Assembly (NCBI GenBank): GCA_004022145.1
Contig: RCNU01000008.1
Direction: 5' to 3' (one strand)
DNA length: 64,000 bases
Source of the DNA: Paecilomyces variotii
Taxonomy: Eukaryota
Shown: piece by piece, positions 1-10,095 of the stretch
How positions within the stretch are numbered: position 1 is the first letter of the stretch
Layout of the letters: each line of letters begins with the position of its first letter
Translations under genes and position numbers: made by a program
The notes under the pieces: generated by a model
Told to the model about the DNA's origin: nothing
Databases searched by the model: none
The model's input: the letters and a program-made list of their open reading frames with translations, nothing else

Positions 1-1083
1 ACATCGTATATGAGAGCATCCCCACATCCGTCGTACACCAGCGTGGCACTTCGGGCACCGCTTGTATCCCCATTTTCGAAGTGCACGCTCCAGCAACGGA
101 TCGGTGTCTTGAACTTCAGGACAAGGGAATCCATCGTGAGCGAGCTGCTTGCATGAGCAGCATATGCTGGTCTCACATTTGGGACACAATATGGATGGAG
201 CTGCTTGTGAAGAGTGCGGGGAGTAAGATCCTGGCGGTGTTGGGGGAGGAGTGTCAATTTCCACCTTCACGCTGGTTCCAACCATTGCTGTAGAATTGGG
301 GTATTTGTCGACCGCCTGATTCTCTTTGGAATTGTCGGTGTTCCGTACTGGGACGGAGAAAAGACGATAAGGAATGAACGCGGAGCATGTGGGAACTGGA
401 CAGTAGATACGATTCGGTGTGTTCCATTCCTCGTACTTTGCTTTGAAGAGACAGACTTCGACATCCGAGAGAACGGCACGGGCGAACGCCAACGGGATAG
501 GCTTGCAACATCGGGGAGGCATATCTGATTCGCTTTTGCAGGCGTTCAGGAACATTTTTCGAATGCAGCTCTTGCAGCAGCCGGAGTCGCATCTCACACA
601 AGGATAGAGCATATCCTCTTTATCCAAATTGATCATCTCGCTGCAGTAAGTGCATATCTTCTCTGGCGGATAATGCTTATTATGACCCGGCGCAGGCCCC
701 GTAGATGCATTCTGAGTCATATCTGTTGTATTTGCGCTCATATCTTCAGTGGATAACTCCATTGTAGCTGTTGTGTCTCGGGTACTGGAAACGGGCGCTG
801 GTAGTGTCGTCGCACTGTCTGCGTTGTTCACTTCGATATCATGGTGCATTTGTGCCTCTGGTGCTGTCTGAGCAGGTTGCGATTCTCTGGCTGGAATGGG
901 TTCTGATTCTTGTTCTGTTGGAAGTGAATGATTGGGTTCAGGACCAGGAGTTGTCGCTGTGCAAGCGGAATGCGGTGTGGTTATGCTAATAGACAGCCTG
1001 GATGCTTGTTGAGCTGGTAAATCCCGCTGGAGCATTTGAGGTTGCGGTTCCTCCCCAGCAGGATGAGAGCTCGAACATCCCAT
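1..1083 (-). CDS. RBR (RING1-IBR-RING2) E3 ubiquitin ligase, Ariadne-like; partial, 3' end lies outside the window
   Basis: Manual translation from ATG 1083 (ACGATGG context, in-frame TAG upstream) stays open to base 1: MGCSSSHP... RING1 CTYC...PCVRCDSGCCKSC...PPRCC; IBR RIYCPVPTC...CPKCETSICCSCKQLAH...C; RING2 KRCPKCHAGVRRMWGCSHIRC. Not in the ORF track because it has no stop inside the window. Confidence 0.88.
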   Translation of the reverse strand, partial: MGCSSSHPAGEEPQPQMLQRDLPAQQASRLSISITTPHSACTATTPGPEPNHSLPTEQESEPIPARESQPAQTAPEAQMHHDIEVNNADSATTLPAPVSSTRDTTATMELSTEDMSANTTDMTQNASTGPAPGHNKHYPPEKICTYCSEMINLDKEDMLYPCVRCDSGCCKSCIRKMFLNACKSESDMPPRCCKPIPLAFARAVLSDVEVCLFKAKYEEWNTPNRIYCPVPTCSAFIPYRLFSVPVRNTDNSKENQAVDKYPNSTAMVGTSVKVEIDTPPPTPPGSYSPHSSQAAPSILCPKCETSICCSCKQLAHDGFPCPEVQDTDPLLERALRKWGYKRCPKCHAGVRRMWGCSHIRC

Positions 1084-1819
1084 CGTGAATGCGCAGAAGG
1101 TGTGACTGATAGGTACTTGTCGCTTTAGCCCGCCTACAGTAATGGCAGAATCAAACAATAGAAAGCTAATGAGTAGAGGTCCCTACATGGGTTACAACGA
1201 GTGAAGAGTGATTTCTAGATTGAAGAAGTAGATAGAAGATGCGAAGATTCAGATAATTAATATGTGCTTATATACGGACTGGCGGTGCTGTGCTACCGAG
1301 CGTAGATTCTGAAACTGCAGGCAACAAGAGCCTAAAGCCAGCAGAAGTGGTTGAGTCACGGGAAGAGGATGATACATCATACAGCCATACCATACAATTA
1401 TGGAGATGATTTGCTGCAACAGAGTGGTGTGCCTTGGAGTCAGAGCAGTTAAGCAGTGTTGCAATAAGCGCTAATGAGCATAGATGTACGATTTTCAATA
1501 TGTATCGCTATGCATGAGTGGAAGCAGATAGACACTATCTACACTTAGTCAAGGCAGAATCATGGAGATCTTCCTGTTATGTCGTGGTTTAGGACTCTGA
1601 TGGACCCTTGGCGAACTGCTGCCTGCGTAAGTGCAGTACTTGCACCCAAGTGCGACGCTATCGACCATCAAAGCTAGTCATACAAGACAAGATCACTTTC
1701 GCTATTCAGTCAAAGGCTCAGCTAGACGGATGAACTGGTGACTCCATTCTTCGCGCAAGTCGATGTAATGCTCGACCATAATTGGCGCTCAATTCAATCA
1801 CGGCAATGAGTACACTCAA

Positions 1820-1846
1820 GTCCCTCCAGTCCCTCCAGTCCCTCCA
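1820..1846. repeat. 9-bp tandem repeat (GTCCCTCCA)x3
   Basis: Seen directly: gtccctcca gtccctcca gtccctcca, downstream of the GH78 gene. Confidence 0.8.
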
Positions 1847-2081
1847 AGACAACGAAGCAGTACTGCTATGTTTGCATTTTCTCTATGCATACGATCGCCT
1901 GTTCTAACTATTGTTGCCCTTTTAGGTCCCCGAATGACATTATTTCCCAGACCTAAACAATGAGGCGGAATAGCGCTTACTTGAACGCCCCATAATACGA
2001 AGATTGCCGTTGTTGGCTCATAGATCTCGCATGCTACGGAATCGATAAGGACTATCATGTCATGGAAAAGAAATCCTAAGC

Positions 2082-4237
2082 TCAACTAACAACAATCTGA
2101 TGCGATCCGCCAGTGTGGATGGTCATTGTGACTGTGGCGTCACTGGACGTAGAGTTGGAGACCTGTCTACCATCCATCTCCACCCTGGACTTACCATTTC
2201 CCTTTGCAAGGGGAACGATCACATCTCCTTTTGTCCCTTTCGGTACGTTGAAGTCCAAAACGTATCCCTCTGAGCCAGTCTTCCTCCAGGAAGCCTGGAA
2301 TTTCCCTAGGGATGTGACGAAACCTCCTTCAACTGACTGCAAATCGCCGAATTGAGGGGCCAGTCTCCAAGTTGATCCCGACGGTGATACAACAGACAGT
2401 CCAAGGACATAATTCGTCAATGCAGAAGTTGGACCCGATGACCATCCATGAGAATGAGACGTATAAGAAGCATCATAATCGTATCCGCGATCAGAACGAT
2501 AGCCAAAGGTACCATTCTGCAGATATCCTTCGATGACAGAACTCTCGGTCCCGTTCGGGTTGTTGATATACCAGCCCCAACTGCGTCGGATCAGCTCGAG
2601 AGCCCGTTCTGTCTCGCCAACGATGAAATGGCCCTGGATTTCGAACGAGGAGATGAACGGCGATATATTCTCCGGTAGTTCTGGAGCCACAGCACCGATA
2701 GGAGTCCAATTTTCAGTCAGCCGTTGAGAAATACTGTTTGCACGATCGCTACCAACGACTCCGAACAGGAGGGCAAGACTATTTGCGTCTTGTGGGTGCA
2801 GAGATGTCATAGTAGCATTGTCCTTAAACGCCCCGTACTGGCTATCGAAGCAATAGGTGTTTATGGCCTTTTTCAATCCTTCGGCTCTGGATCTCCAGGT
2901 AGACGCCAAACCTGTCGTATCATCTGCCCACTCAGCAAGCTCGCTGCCCGTGTTCAAGGTGTGATAAAGACTAAGGTAGAGTCAGTACGGTCCAAGTAGA
3001 CGAAGGGAAATTGAACTTACATCATCTGTGCCTCAGAGTTATTATAACCCTGCTGCCACCGTGCCCAGTCGCTAGTACCAGTCACATTCAACAGGCCACT
3101 TTCATAATCTACCTTCGAATAAATGTAGTTCATGGCCTTGAGGTAGCCATTCCAGTTGCGTTGGAGAAAGCCAGTGTCGTTCGTGAAAAGAACATAATTA
3201 TATGTTCCAATCATAGACCACATGTGGTAGGTATCTGATCCTTTCTGACTTAACGGTGGACCGGATTCATCGAATGCCCCGGTTGTTTTGTCCTGAAAGA
3301 GAATTAGCAAATAATAGAACCCCTTCTTCAAACCCCAATTGTTTCATACCTGTGTGTTATACATCACCTGAAGAGCATTCTTCACGCTGTCAAGATCTCC
3401 AATGCTTACAAATGTCGAAGGGACAGCGACGCCCATATCACCTGGCCACACCGCGCGATCTCTCTTGGCTCCATCGACAATTATAGTATCTCCAGGTCCA
3501 ATGATGCCATCATTCGCCCACCCAGAGCTTGTAAATGGCACCTGACGCCCCGTGTTCACAGGAACCGCATTTGTTTGTAGAGTATAAGCGCCACTATACC
3601 AAATCCGATTAAGCAGCTCATCATTGGAGTGGAAATATCCCTGATAAGCACGAAGATTGGCCCAGGTAGGTTGAAACGCGATCTCCAAGCTCACGTCGTT
3701 GATGTCAACGGCGGTGGTGGATTCATTCGTCACAAGAAAGGCTGTCATGTACCTGAATCCTCCGCGCAAGTATTTATCTGGCATGACATATTGTCCCTTA
3801 CCGGGGCTTGCTATCTGTTGGTATAATGCTCCGTCGGGGTGCTCGAAGTTTCCACTGGAAGAATCCGACCATTCGCCTACCCAGTTCTTCGCTTCGGTAA
3901 AAGCTAGACCCAAGGCGCCTTTGCCAGTAGTAGAAGTGTAGTCCACGGTGATGATACCGCCGACTTCGATGCCGAAATCGAAAATGATCTGAGAACCATT
4001 CCCGGATAGAGTGGCCTTTGAGGAGTGTTGATAATCTGAAGAGCCAGTTGCCTCGATTATCTTTTTGGGCTTTACTACTCTAGATGCGGGTGCATAGATA
4101 TTCTTTTCCCAGATGCCTGGAAACGCAGTATCTGCTGGTCCAGTACAGGATGTGTTTCTCCAACAGCTTTCAGCGAGAGAAAGATTGATATGAAGTAATA
4201 GCCCTAAAAGGGAGATCAGGTACCGTATCATCATCAT
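2082..4237 (-). CDS. Secreted alpha-L-rhamnosidase, glycoside hydrolase family 78
   Basis: Three exons; introns 3293-3349 and 2971-3020 (GT..AG) restore the frame. N-terminal signal peptide, RGGFRY, LLNRIWYSGAYT, catalytic-region DGAKRDRAVWPGD, and C-terminal SHSHGWSSGPT, all typical of fungal GH78. Confidence 0.93.
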
Positions 4238-4722
4238 GCTGTTATCTCTATCAAATCAACAGTAACGGAAAGCTCCTCACAGAAAAGAAAACTTATGTCT
4301 GATCCGAATTATATATCGTAAAATTTATTTGACCTGCGAAATTGAGCCTGAAATGGATGCGGGGTCGGATGCTCTATGTTGGAAACACGCTCGGTCTAAT
4401 AGCACCAGATCCCTCCATCGAGTTGTATTAAGTGTCTAATTAAAAGGCGCTTTGCAGGGTTATGCTTTAGCACCTTGAACAATTTCTTCTAGATTTATCC
4501 GGCCGCATTGTCCCCTAAACAGAGAGTTGAGGTGCCGGTCCTGCAGTCATCAAGACCATATGGCTTCGGACGCTCAGGGCTGTCCTCACCAAATGAACGT
4601 TGTGTTGTGATATCTAGGCCGAGGAGTGGCAATTTGATGATCATATCGTATCCTGTCTTTAGAGATTCTATTCGCAGATTCCTGTGAATTCGCCAACCCT
4701 GGCATCGAAGGGGGAAATTGCA

Positions 4723-4731
4723 ATTGGTGGA
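4723..4731 (-). promoter_or_regulatory. Galacturonic-acid responsive element (GARE, TCCNCCAAT), candidate GaaR site
   Basis: ATTGGTGGA on + reads TCCACCAAT on -, an exact consensus match lying between two pectinase genes. Confidence 0.55.
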
Positions 4732-4897
4732 ATTTTAGGTCTTCCGACGAGGTTCTTCATAGGCTCATGTTGCTGTCAAAGAGTAACAGGGAAGATTGAT
4801 TTAGAGAAATATTAACTCCAGAGGCTTAAGAGTCGTACCTCTCCTTCCCCGCAATTAGTCCTCCTCGTTGCGAAAGAGTCTCTTTGTGCGGTGATCT

Positions 4898-4914
4898 CGG
4901 CTTAATCCATGCCG
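4898..4914. promoter_or_regulatory. CGG-N11-CCG Zn2Cys6 site, candidate RhaR (L-rhamnose activator) element
   Basis: CGG cttaatccatg CCG, 105 bp upstream of the GH28 ATG, inside the promoter shared with the rhamnosidase. Confidence 0.55.
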
Positions 4915-5019
4915 AAGTGTTTATGATTCTCTTGTTGAACTGACGTCAAAAATTGCATAAGTAGATATCTTCCACTGTAAGTAGGTGTAGATAACATAGA
5001 AGGTGTTGTGAACAGGAAA

Positions 5020-6456
5020 ATGAGGTTCCTTCAGATATCCGTCTTAACGCTGCTACCGCTGTGGCTAGCACCCACTGCTGCAGCTTTGAATATTCCGCAT
5101 AACAACGTCTGCACAGTGAAAGCAAATGGACACCAGAAAGATGATGTGCCAAATATTATGGCTGCTTTTCGACGCTGCGGGAGAGGGGGAACAGTCATAT
5201 TCCCCAAAGACCAGTCTTACTGGATCGCTTCACGATTAAACCCTATTTTGAACGACGTGATGATTCAATGGCATGGTCAATGGACTGTAAGTACTTTGGC
5301 TGAATTTGGAATTACCATGTTACTGACGAATCTCAAGTTCTCTGCTGATCTTGACTATTGGCGTAACAACTCCTATCCGATTGCTTTTCAGAATCACCAC
5401 GCCGGCTTCATAATCACTGGCAAAAACATTACTATTGATGGTTATGGGACCGGTGGCATCAATGGCAACGGAAACGCATGGTATGAGGCAGAGAAGGGCA
5501 ACACTCAACCTGGACGACCGATGCCGTTCGTCTTCTGGAATGTTTCTGATGTCGTCGTGGAGAATTTCTTCGTTAAGCAGCCTCCGCTGTGGAGTTTGAA
5601 CATCATGAATGGCACTAATATGCGTTTTAACAATATCCAATGCAATGCTACAGCGCTGAATGCCCCGTATGGTGATAACTGGGTCCAGAACACAGACGGT
5701 TTCGGTTGGTGCTCTCTCTGACCTATTATCTAGTACACCATTCGCTAACAGCATCAGATACGATGGATGTCAACAATGTGATGCTGTCGAATTTCGTTTA
5801 TCAGGGCGGAGATGACTGCGTGGCGATCAAGCCTAGGTCTCACAATGTCGATATTCGTAACGTCACCTGCGTTGGCGGGAATGGGATCGCAATCGGTAGT
5901 CTAGGACAGTACCTGGAAGATAATTCCGTTTCCAATATCCTGGTCGACAATGTGACCGTAAGTCTACCAGAGTCTGAGTATATTGTACCAAATATTGAGA
6001 ACGTCCCAAAAACAGACCATCAGATACAACGACGACCTGACCAACAGTGCTTATATCAAGACTTGGGTCGGGGCATTAGTCCCCCAAAGTTCCTATGAGA
6101 GTGCTGGCCTTCCTAGAGGAGGAGGCTGGGGCAGCATCACAAACGCCCTATTTTCCAATTTCAATGTCCAGGGAGCTAGCAGTGGCCCATCGATCAATCA
6201 AGACAGCGGAGACAATGGCTCGTATTCCGGATCGAGTCTCATGAGCATCTCCAATGTCGCCTTCGTGAATTTCACTGGTTACACGAATGGTGGATCTGAC
6301 GTGACCTCTTCCATATCGTGTTCAAAAGTCCATCCATGCTATAATATCGCGTTTGAGAATGTGGACATTCTTCCCGGAAAGAACGGGACAAGCCCAGGAA
6401 AAGGTTCTTGCAAGTACACTGCTGATGGAGGGGTTCATGGCCTTGATGGGTGCTAG
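5020..6456 (+). CDS. Secreted GH28 exo-acting pectinase (exo-rhamnogalacturonase/exo-polygalacturonase type)
   Basis: ATG 5020 followed by a signal peptide; introns at about 5287-5337, 5705-5757 and 5958-6015; GH28 motifs NTDG, GDDC, GGNGIAIGSLG, YIKTW. Confidence 0.92.
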
Positions 6457-6774
6457 GACCAAGTCGTGGATTTCTGCTGTCTTCTTCCGTGTTATTTCCT
6501 GCTTAAAGTATACAAACTCATTGTCAATACACAAATTAAAAATTGAACACTCAAATTGTAGATATGTTTCAGATGCATTACTTACTTATTGGAAGAGCGT
6601 TCGTTCCACGGAAAAGCAGCGATGGTCCGTGCGCGTTAAGGCGTGGTGACATAGGGCGCGGTCCGTCGAATACTTCTCTTGAATCTTACCATTGCGTTAT
6701 CCAGGACCTTTGTGTAATATTCACTCAAGATTGAGACAAAGTCCTGTTCATAGGCTCATCAAGCTCCTGTCACA

Positions 6775-7982
6775 ATGGGACATATCGATTCTCAAGTGGG
6801 TGGGAAAATGCCATGGGTGGAAACCCCTCTAGTAGAGTCTGCAGTGCTCTCTAAAGAAGCCGGATGGTAGGACGAGCCCTGACCTTATCCTTGCTGTTTG
6901 CTCATCGTTCCAATAGTAGAGTATTCCTGAAACTCGAGCTACTTCAACCTTCTGGATCATTCAAATCACGGTACGTTATGAATTTGCCCAGCAAGATACG
7001 CATATGAACTAACTTATCTCGCAGAGGAATCGGAAACTTGATGCTGTCCTATATTTCTGATCCCTCAAATCACGGTAAAGAGCTTCACTTCTTTAGTTCA
7101 TCAGGCGGAAATGCAGGCCTCGCAGCTGTGGTGGCAGCCCGAGACCTCGGTTGCCCATGCACAGTCGTAGTACCATTGAGCACGAAACCATTGATGATCC
7201 AGAAACTGCGTACGGCGGGCGCAACAGATGTTATACAACACGGTGCGAGCTGGTTCGAAGCCGATAGTTATCTACGGAAAACTTTCATCGACGTTGATGA
7301 AAGCTCTCAGGGATCTGTCAAGAATGTTTATATACCTCCATTTGACCACCCTGAAATATGGAAGGGGGCAGGGACCATGATCCCGGAGCTCGCAGCCCAG
7401 CTGCCTCCAAGGCCATCCAGTGAATCTGAGCCGGTGCCCTCTTTTCCTGCAGATGTCATCATTTGCAGTGTCGGAGGTGGCGGCCTTTTCAACGGTGTGA
7501 TTGATGGTCTGGATAAATATTTGATGTCCAGTCTGTCCAAATCCGACAAAGGACAGCGGAGGGTGCAGGTCATCGCTGCTGAAACGAGAGGGGCAGATTC
7601 CCTCGCTCACTCATTACGGAACGGATCACTTCAATCGTTGCCAGCGATAACTTCTCTAGCAACGTCACTAGGAGCTCTAACGGTGGCTCCGCAGACATTG
7701 AAGAACGCAATGACGCCGCCTCGAGGAGTCGAGGTAAAGAGTGTAGTGACGTCTGACGCTGAGGCTGCCAGAGGTGTGATCAGACTGGCTGACGAGATGC
7801 GGTTATTGGTCGAGCTAGCTTGTGGTGTATCTGTTGAAGTCGCTGCTGGAGGGCGATTGAAACAGGCAGTCGAGGACCTTAGTCCAGAGAGTCGGGTTGT
7901 CATTGTGGTTTGTGGAGGTAGCAACATCACGGCCGAGATGGTGGCAGAGTATCGACAGAATCTGGCTAATGGCTGGGATTGA
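6775..7982 (+). CDS. L-serine/L-threonine dehydratase (PLP-dependent, CHA1-like)
   Basis: ATG 6775; introns 6867-6916 and 6971-7024 give PWVETPL...RVFLKLELLQPSGSFKSRGIG (PLP lysine); also SSSGGNAG, SVGGGGL, VCGGSN. Confidence 0.92.
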
Positions 7983-8240
7983 GGTTTCTTCCATCTAGAG
8001 TTTATTTTCTGCGAATAGACAATTTCGTATCACCCAAAAGTATCGACCTATGGAAAACTCCGCCTAGTTGAATGAGCTAGTAGCCCTACGCATATGCTTA
8101 TCGAGTCAATGAACAGTAGAATTCAATAAATGGGTTCAAATTGAATGTAAACTCCAAACCCAACCAATAATTAGATACAAATTATCCCCGATTATTCCCA
8201 ACCACAACAACACCCCCGTACATGCCAATGTATATTAAGT

Positions 8241-8276
8241 AATAATAATAATAATAATAACAACAATAATAATAAT
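8241..8276. repeat. (AAT)n microsatellite interrupted by AAC
   Basis: aataataataataataataacaacaataataataat. Confidence 0.85.
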
Positions 8277-8367
8277 CCAAATCCTTTCAAATATGCATAA
8301 TTTCCCAATCCAATTTAAACAATTTGACCCCCAAACCCCCTCTGTGTAAACATTCAGCTACCTTTAA

Positions 8368-9039
8368 TTAGGTAGAGCGCTCTGACTCCGATTCCGGCTT
8401 GAGAATAAGTTTGATTCTGGGAGAAATTGCAATCTTTTCATCTTTCCCCTTCTTCGTCACTTTGCTCTTGTCACTCTTCGGCTTTGTGACAGACTTAGGT
8501 TTCGCCTGCTTCTTATTGGCGTTCGACGCTTTGGAGTTCGTTGCTGCTTTGCCCTTGCTTGCTGCACTAGAGGCTTTCTCCGTCTTCGACTTGCTCTCCG
8601 CCTTGGTGGATTTGTTCGAAGCTTTCGATTTCTGCGAGGCATTTCCCTTCGATTTGGGTTTAGCAGTGGCCTTTTTCTGAGCCTGCGTCTTTTTCGGGGT
8701 CGACTTCTCCCCATCGACCTTCTCAGCTGGAGAAGGACTTTCGACATGAGACCCAACAGAGTAACTCAAACTAGGTATGTCATCATCCATGGCCGTGACT
8801 TCTGAATGAGACTCGACGACTTCGCTCATGGTATCATCTGTGTTTGTATCCGGGTTTGTCTCGCGGATCGCGAGATCCTGCGCCCACGCATCGTTCCAGT
8901 AATTATGAAGCTGGACAGCGGCATTGAAGTCTTCTTTGGTGAAGTCGATACTGGTTGGAATAGGGCTGCCAGTGTCGTTGGGGTCTTGGATGAGGAAGTT
9001 GACGTCCATTCTCATGTCCATTTTGGTTGTAGATGACAT
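8368..9039 (-). CDS. Hypothetical protein with acidic N-half and Lys/Ser/Ala-rich basic C-half
   Basis: 223-aa ATG-initiated ORF. A well-formed 53-nt 5'UTR intron (9060-9112: GTAAAC..ACTAAC..CAG) ends 20 nt before the ATG, which supports transcription. No family recognised. Confidence 0.6.
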   Translation of the reverse strand: MSSTTKMDMRMDVNFLIQDPNDTGSPIPTSIDFTKEDFNAAVQLHNYWNDAWAQDLAIRETNPDTNTDDTMSEVVESHSEVTAMDDDIPSLSYSVGSHVESPSPAEKVDGEKSTPKKTQAQKKATAKPKSKGNASQKSKASNKSTKAESKSKTEKASSAASKGKAATNSKASNANKKQAKPKSVTKPKSDKSKVTKKGKDEKIAISPRIKLILKPESESERST

Positions 9040-10059
9040 TTATTGGATGTAGATAGTGACTGGAGGAACTTGTTAGTTTAGAGAGTTAGATGATGGTGGA
9101 GATATTGTTTACCTGTAGATAGGTTTTATGAAGTATGAAATCGTATGAAGGATAAATGCAAGTGGAGTTTCTCCTGCCTTGATGATAAATATGGGATATC
9201 TATAGATATGCAGTAGAAGAATAAGATGCAGTATAGATTGTCTTGGATGAGATGGATGCAAATTGCGATTAAGAATGCTTCTCGATAGATATGATGCAGA
9301 TGATGATGTTCGATATATGGTAGCAAGATAGATGAAGAAGCAGAGAAAAAAAATCAAACCATGCTCTCGAAAGAAGGTATTAAAAGCAAAGCAGTGCAAT
9401 GCTGCCTGTACCCTCCTTCGCACCCCCATCACCCTCGACGCCCTCCGATCTCCAAATAGGCAAAGATATATTTCCCAATCTCTCCTTTTGACGCCGCATA
9501 GAATAGAATCCCAAGGTTCACAAACATCATCGCCTATCATAAAGCTTATAACCGTTCTGAATATCCCAAAGCTCTCCCGCAATACCAATACCAGAATCGG
9601 ACTCAAGATATACTTCCCGAAGGATAGGTCAGTGCCTGGTCTGCATCATTGCTGTTACGCAAATAGAATATATTTAAAATAAAGTTCTAAGTGTCCCAGG
9701 GACAGATCATTTTCTATATGTTCGAATTCCTGCCTGACCCCATGGGGGAGAGCGATTGATGGTGTCGGGGAGTCAGGAACCGTGGAACGGTTCTTGTAGT
9801 ATCGGGGAAGGACGGGATGAAGGGAACTATCGGAAATTGTAGTGTGGAAATACTCCGAGACTAGATCGTCTTGCCTGAGGAATGCATTTGCTTGTGACTA
9901 GGTGTTTAAATGTATGCCATGGGTAGGTGCTGCTGCGTCTTTTCGAAGACGGTCTTTTTGACGATGTTCGTTTATGAGGGGATGGGAAGGAACGAGGGTA
10001 CACGCTCTAATTACCTGTGGCTTGCAGTACATTTATTTATCTAGGACAGAAGTTACAGT

Positions 10060-10063
<4 letters not shown>

Positions 10064-10094
<31 letters not shown>
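10064..10094. repeat. Poly(T) tract (31 nt)
   Basis: Seen directly. Confidence 0.9.

Positions 10095-10095
<1 letters not shown>

Noticed and set aside
81-989. Several short ORFs in the ORF track
   Set aside because: They are alternative-frame or antisense shadows of the RBR ligase CDS (1-1083, minus strand).
5705-5757. Possible stwintron (nested intron) in GH28 intron 2: internal CTGAC..TAG followed by TACAC
   Set aside because: The implied internal (~29 nt) and external (~25 nt) introns are below plausible spliceosomal size, and a single ~53-nt intron explains the frame.
9109-9682. 165-aa and 116-aa ORFs upstream of the orphan gene
   Set aside because: No domain-like features; they overlap each other on opposite strands and cover a likely promoter/5'UTR.
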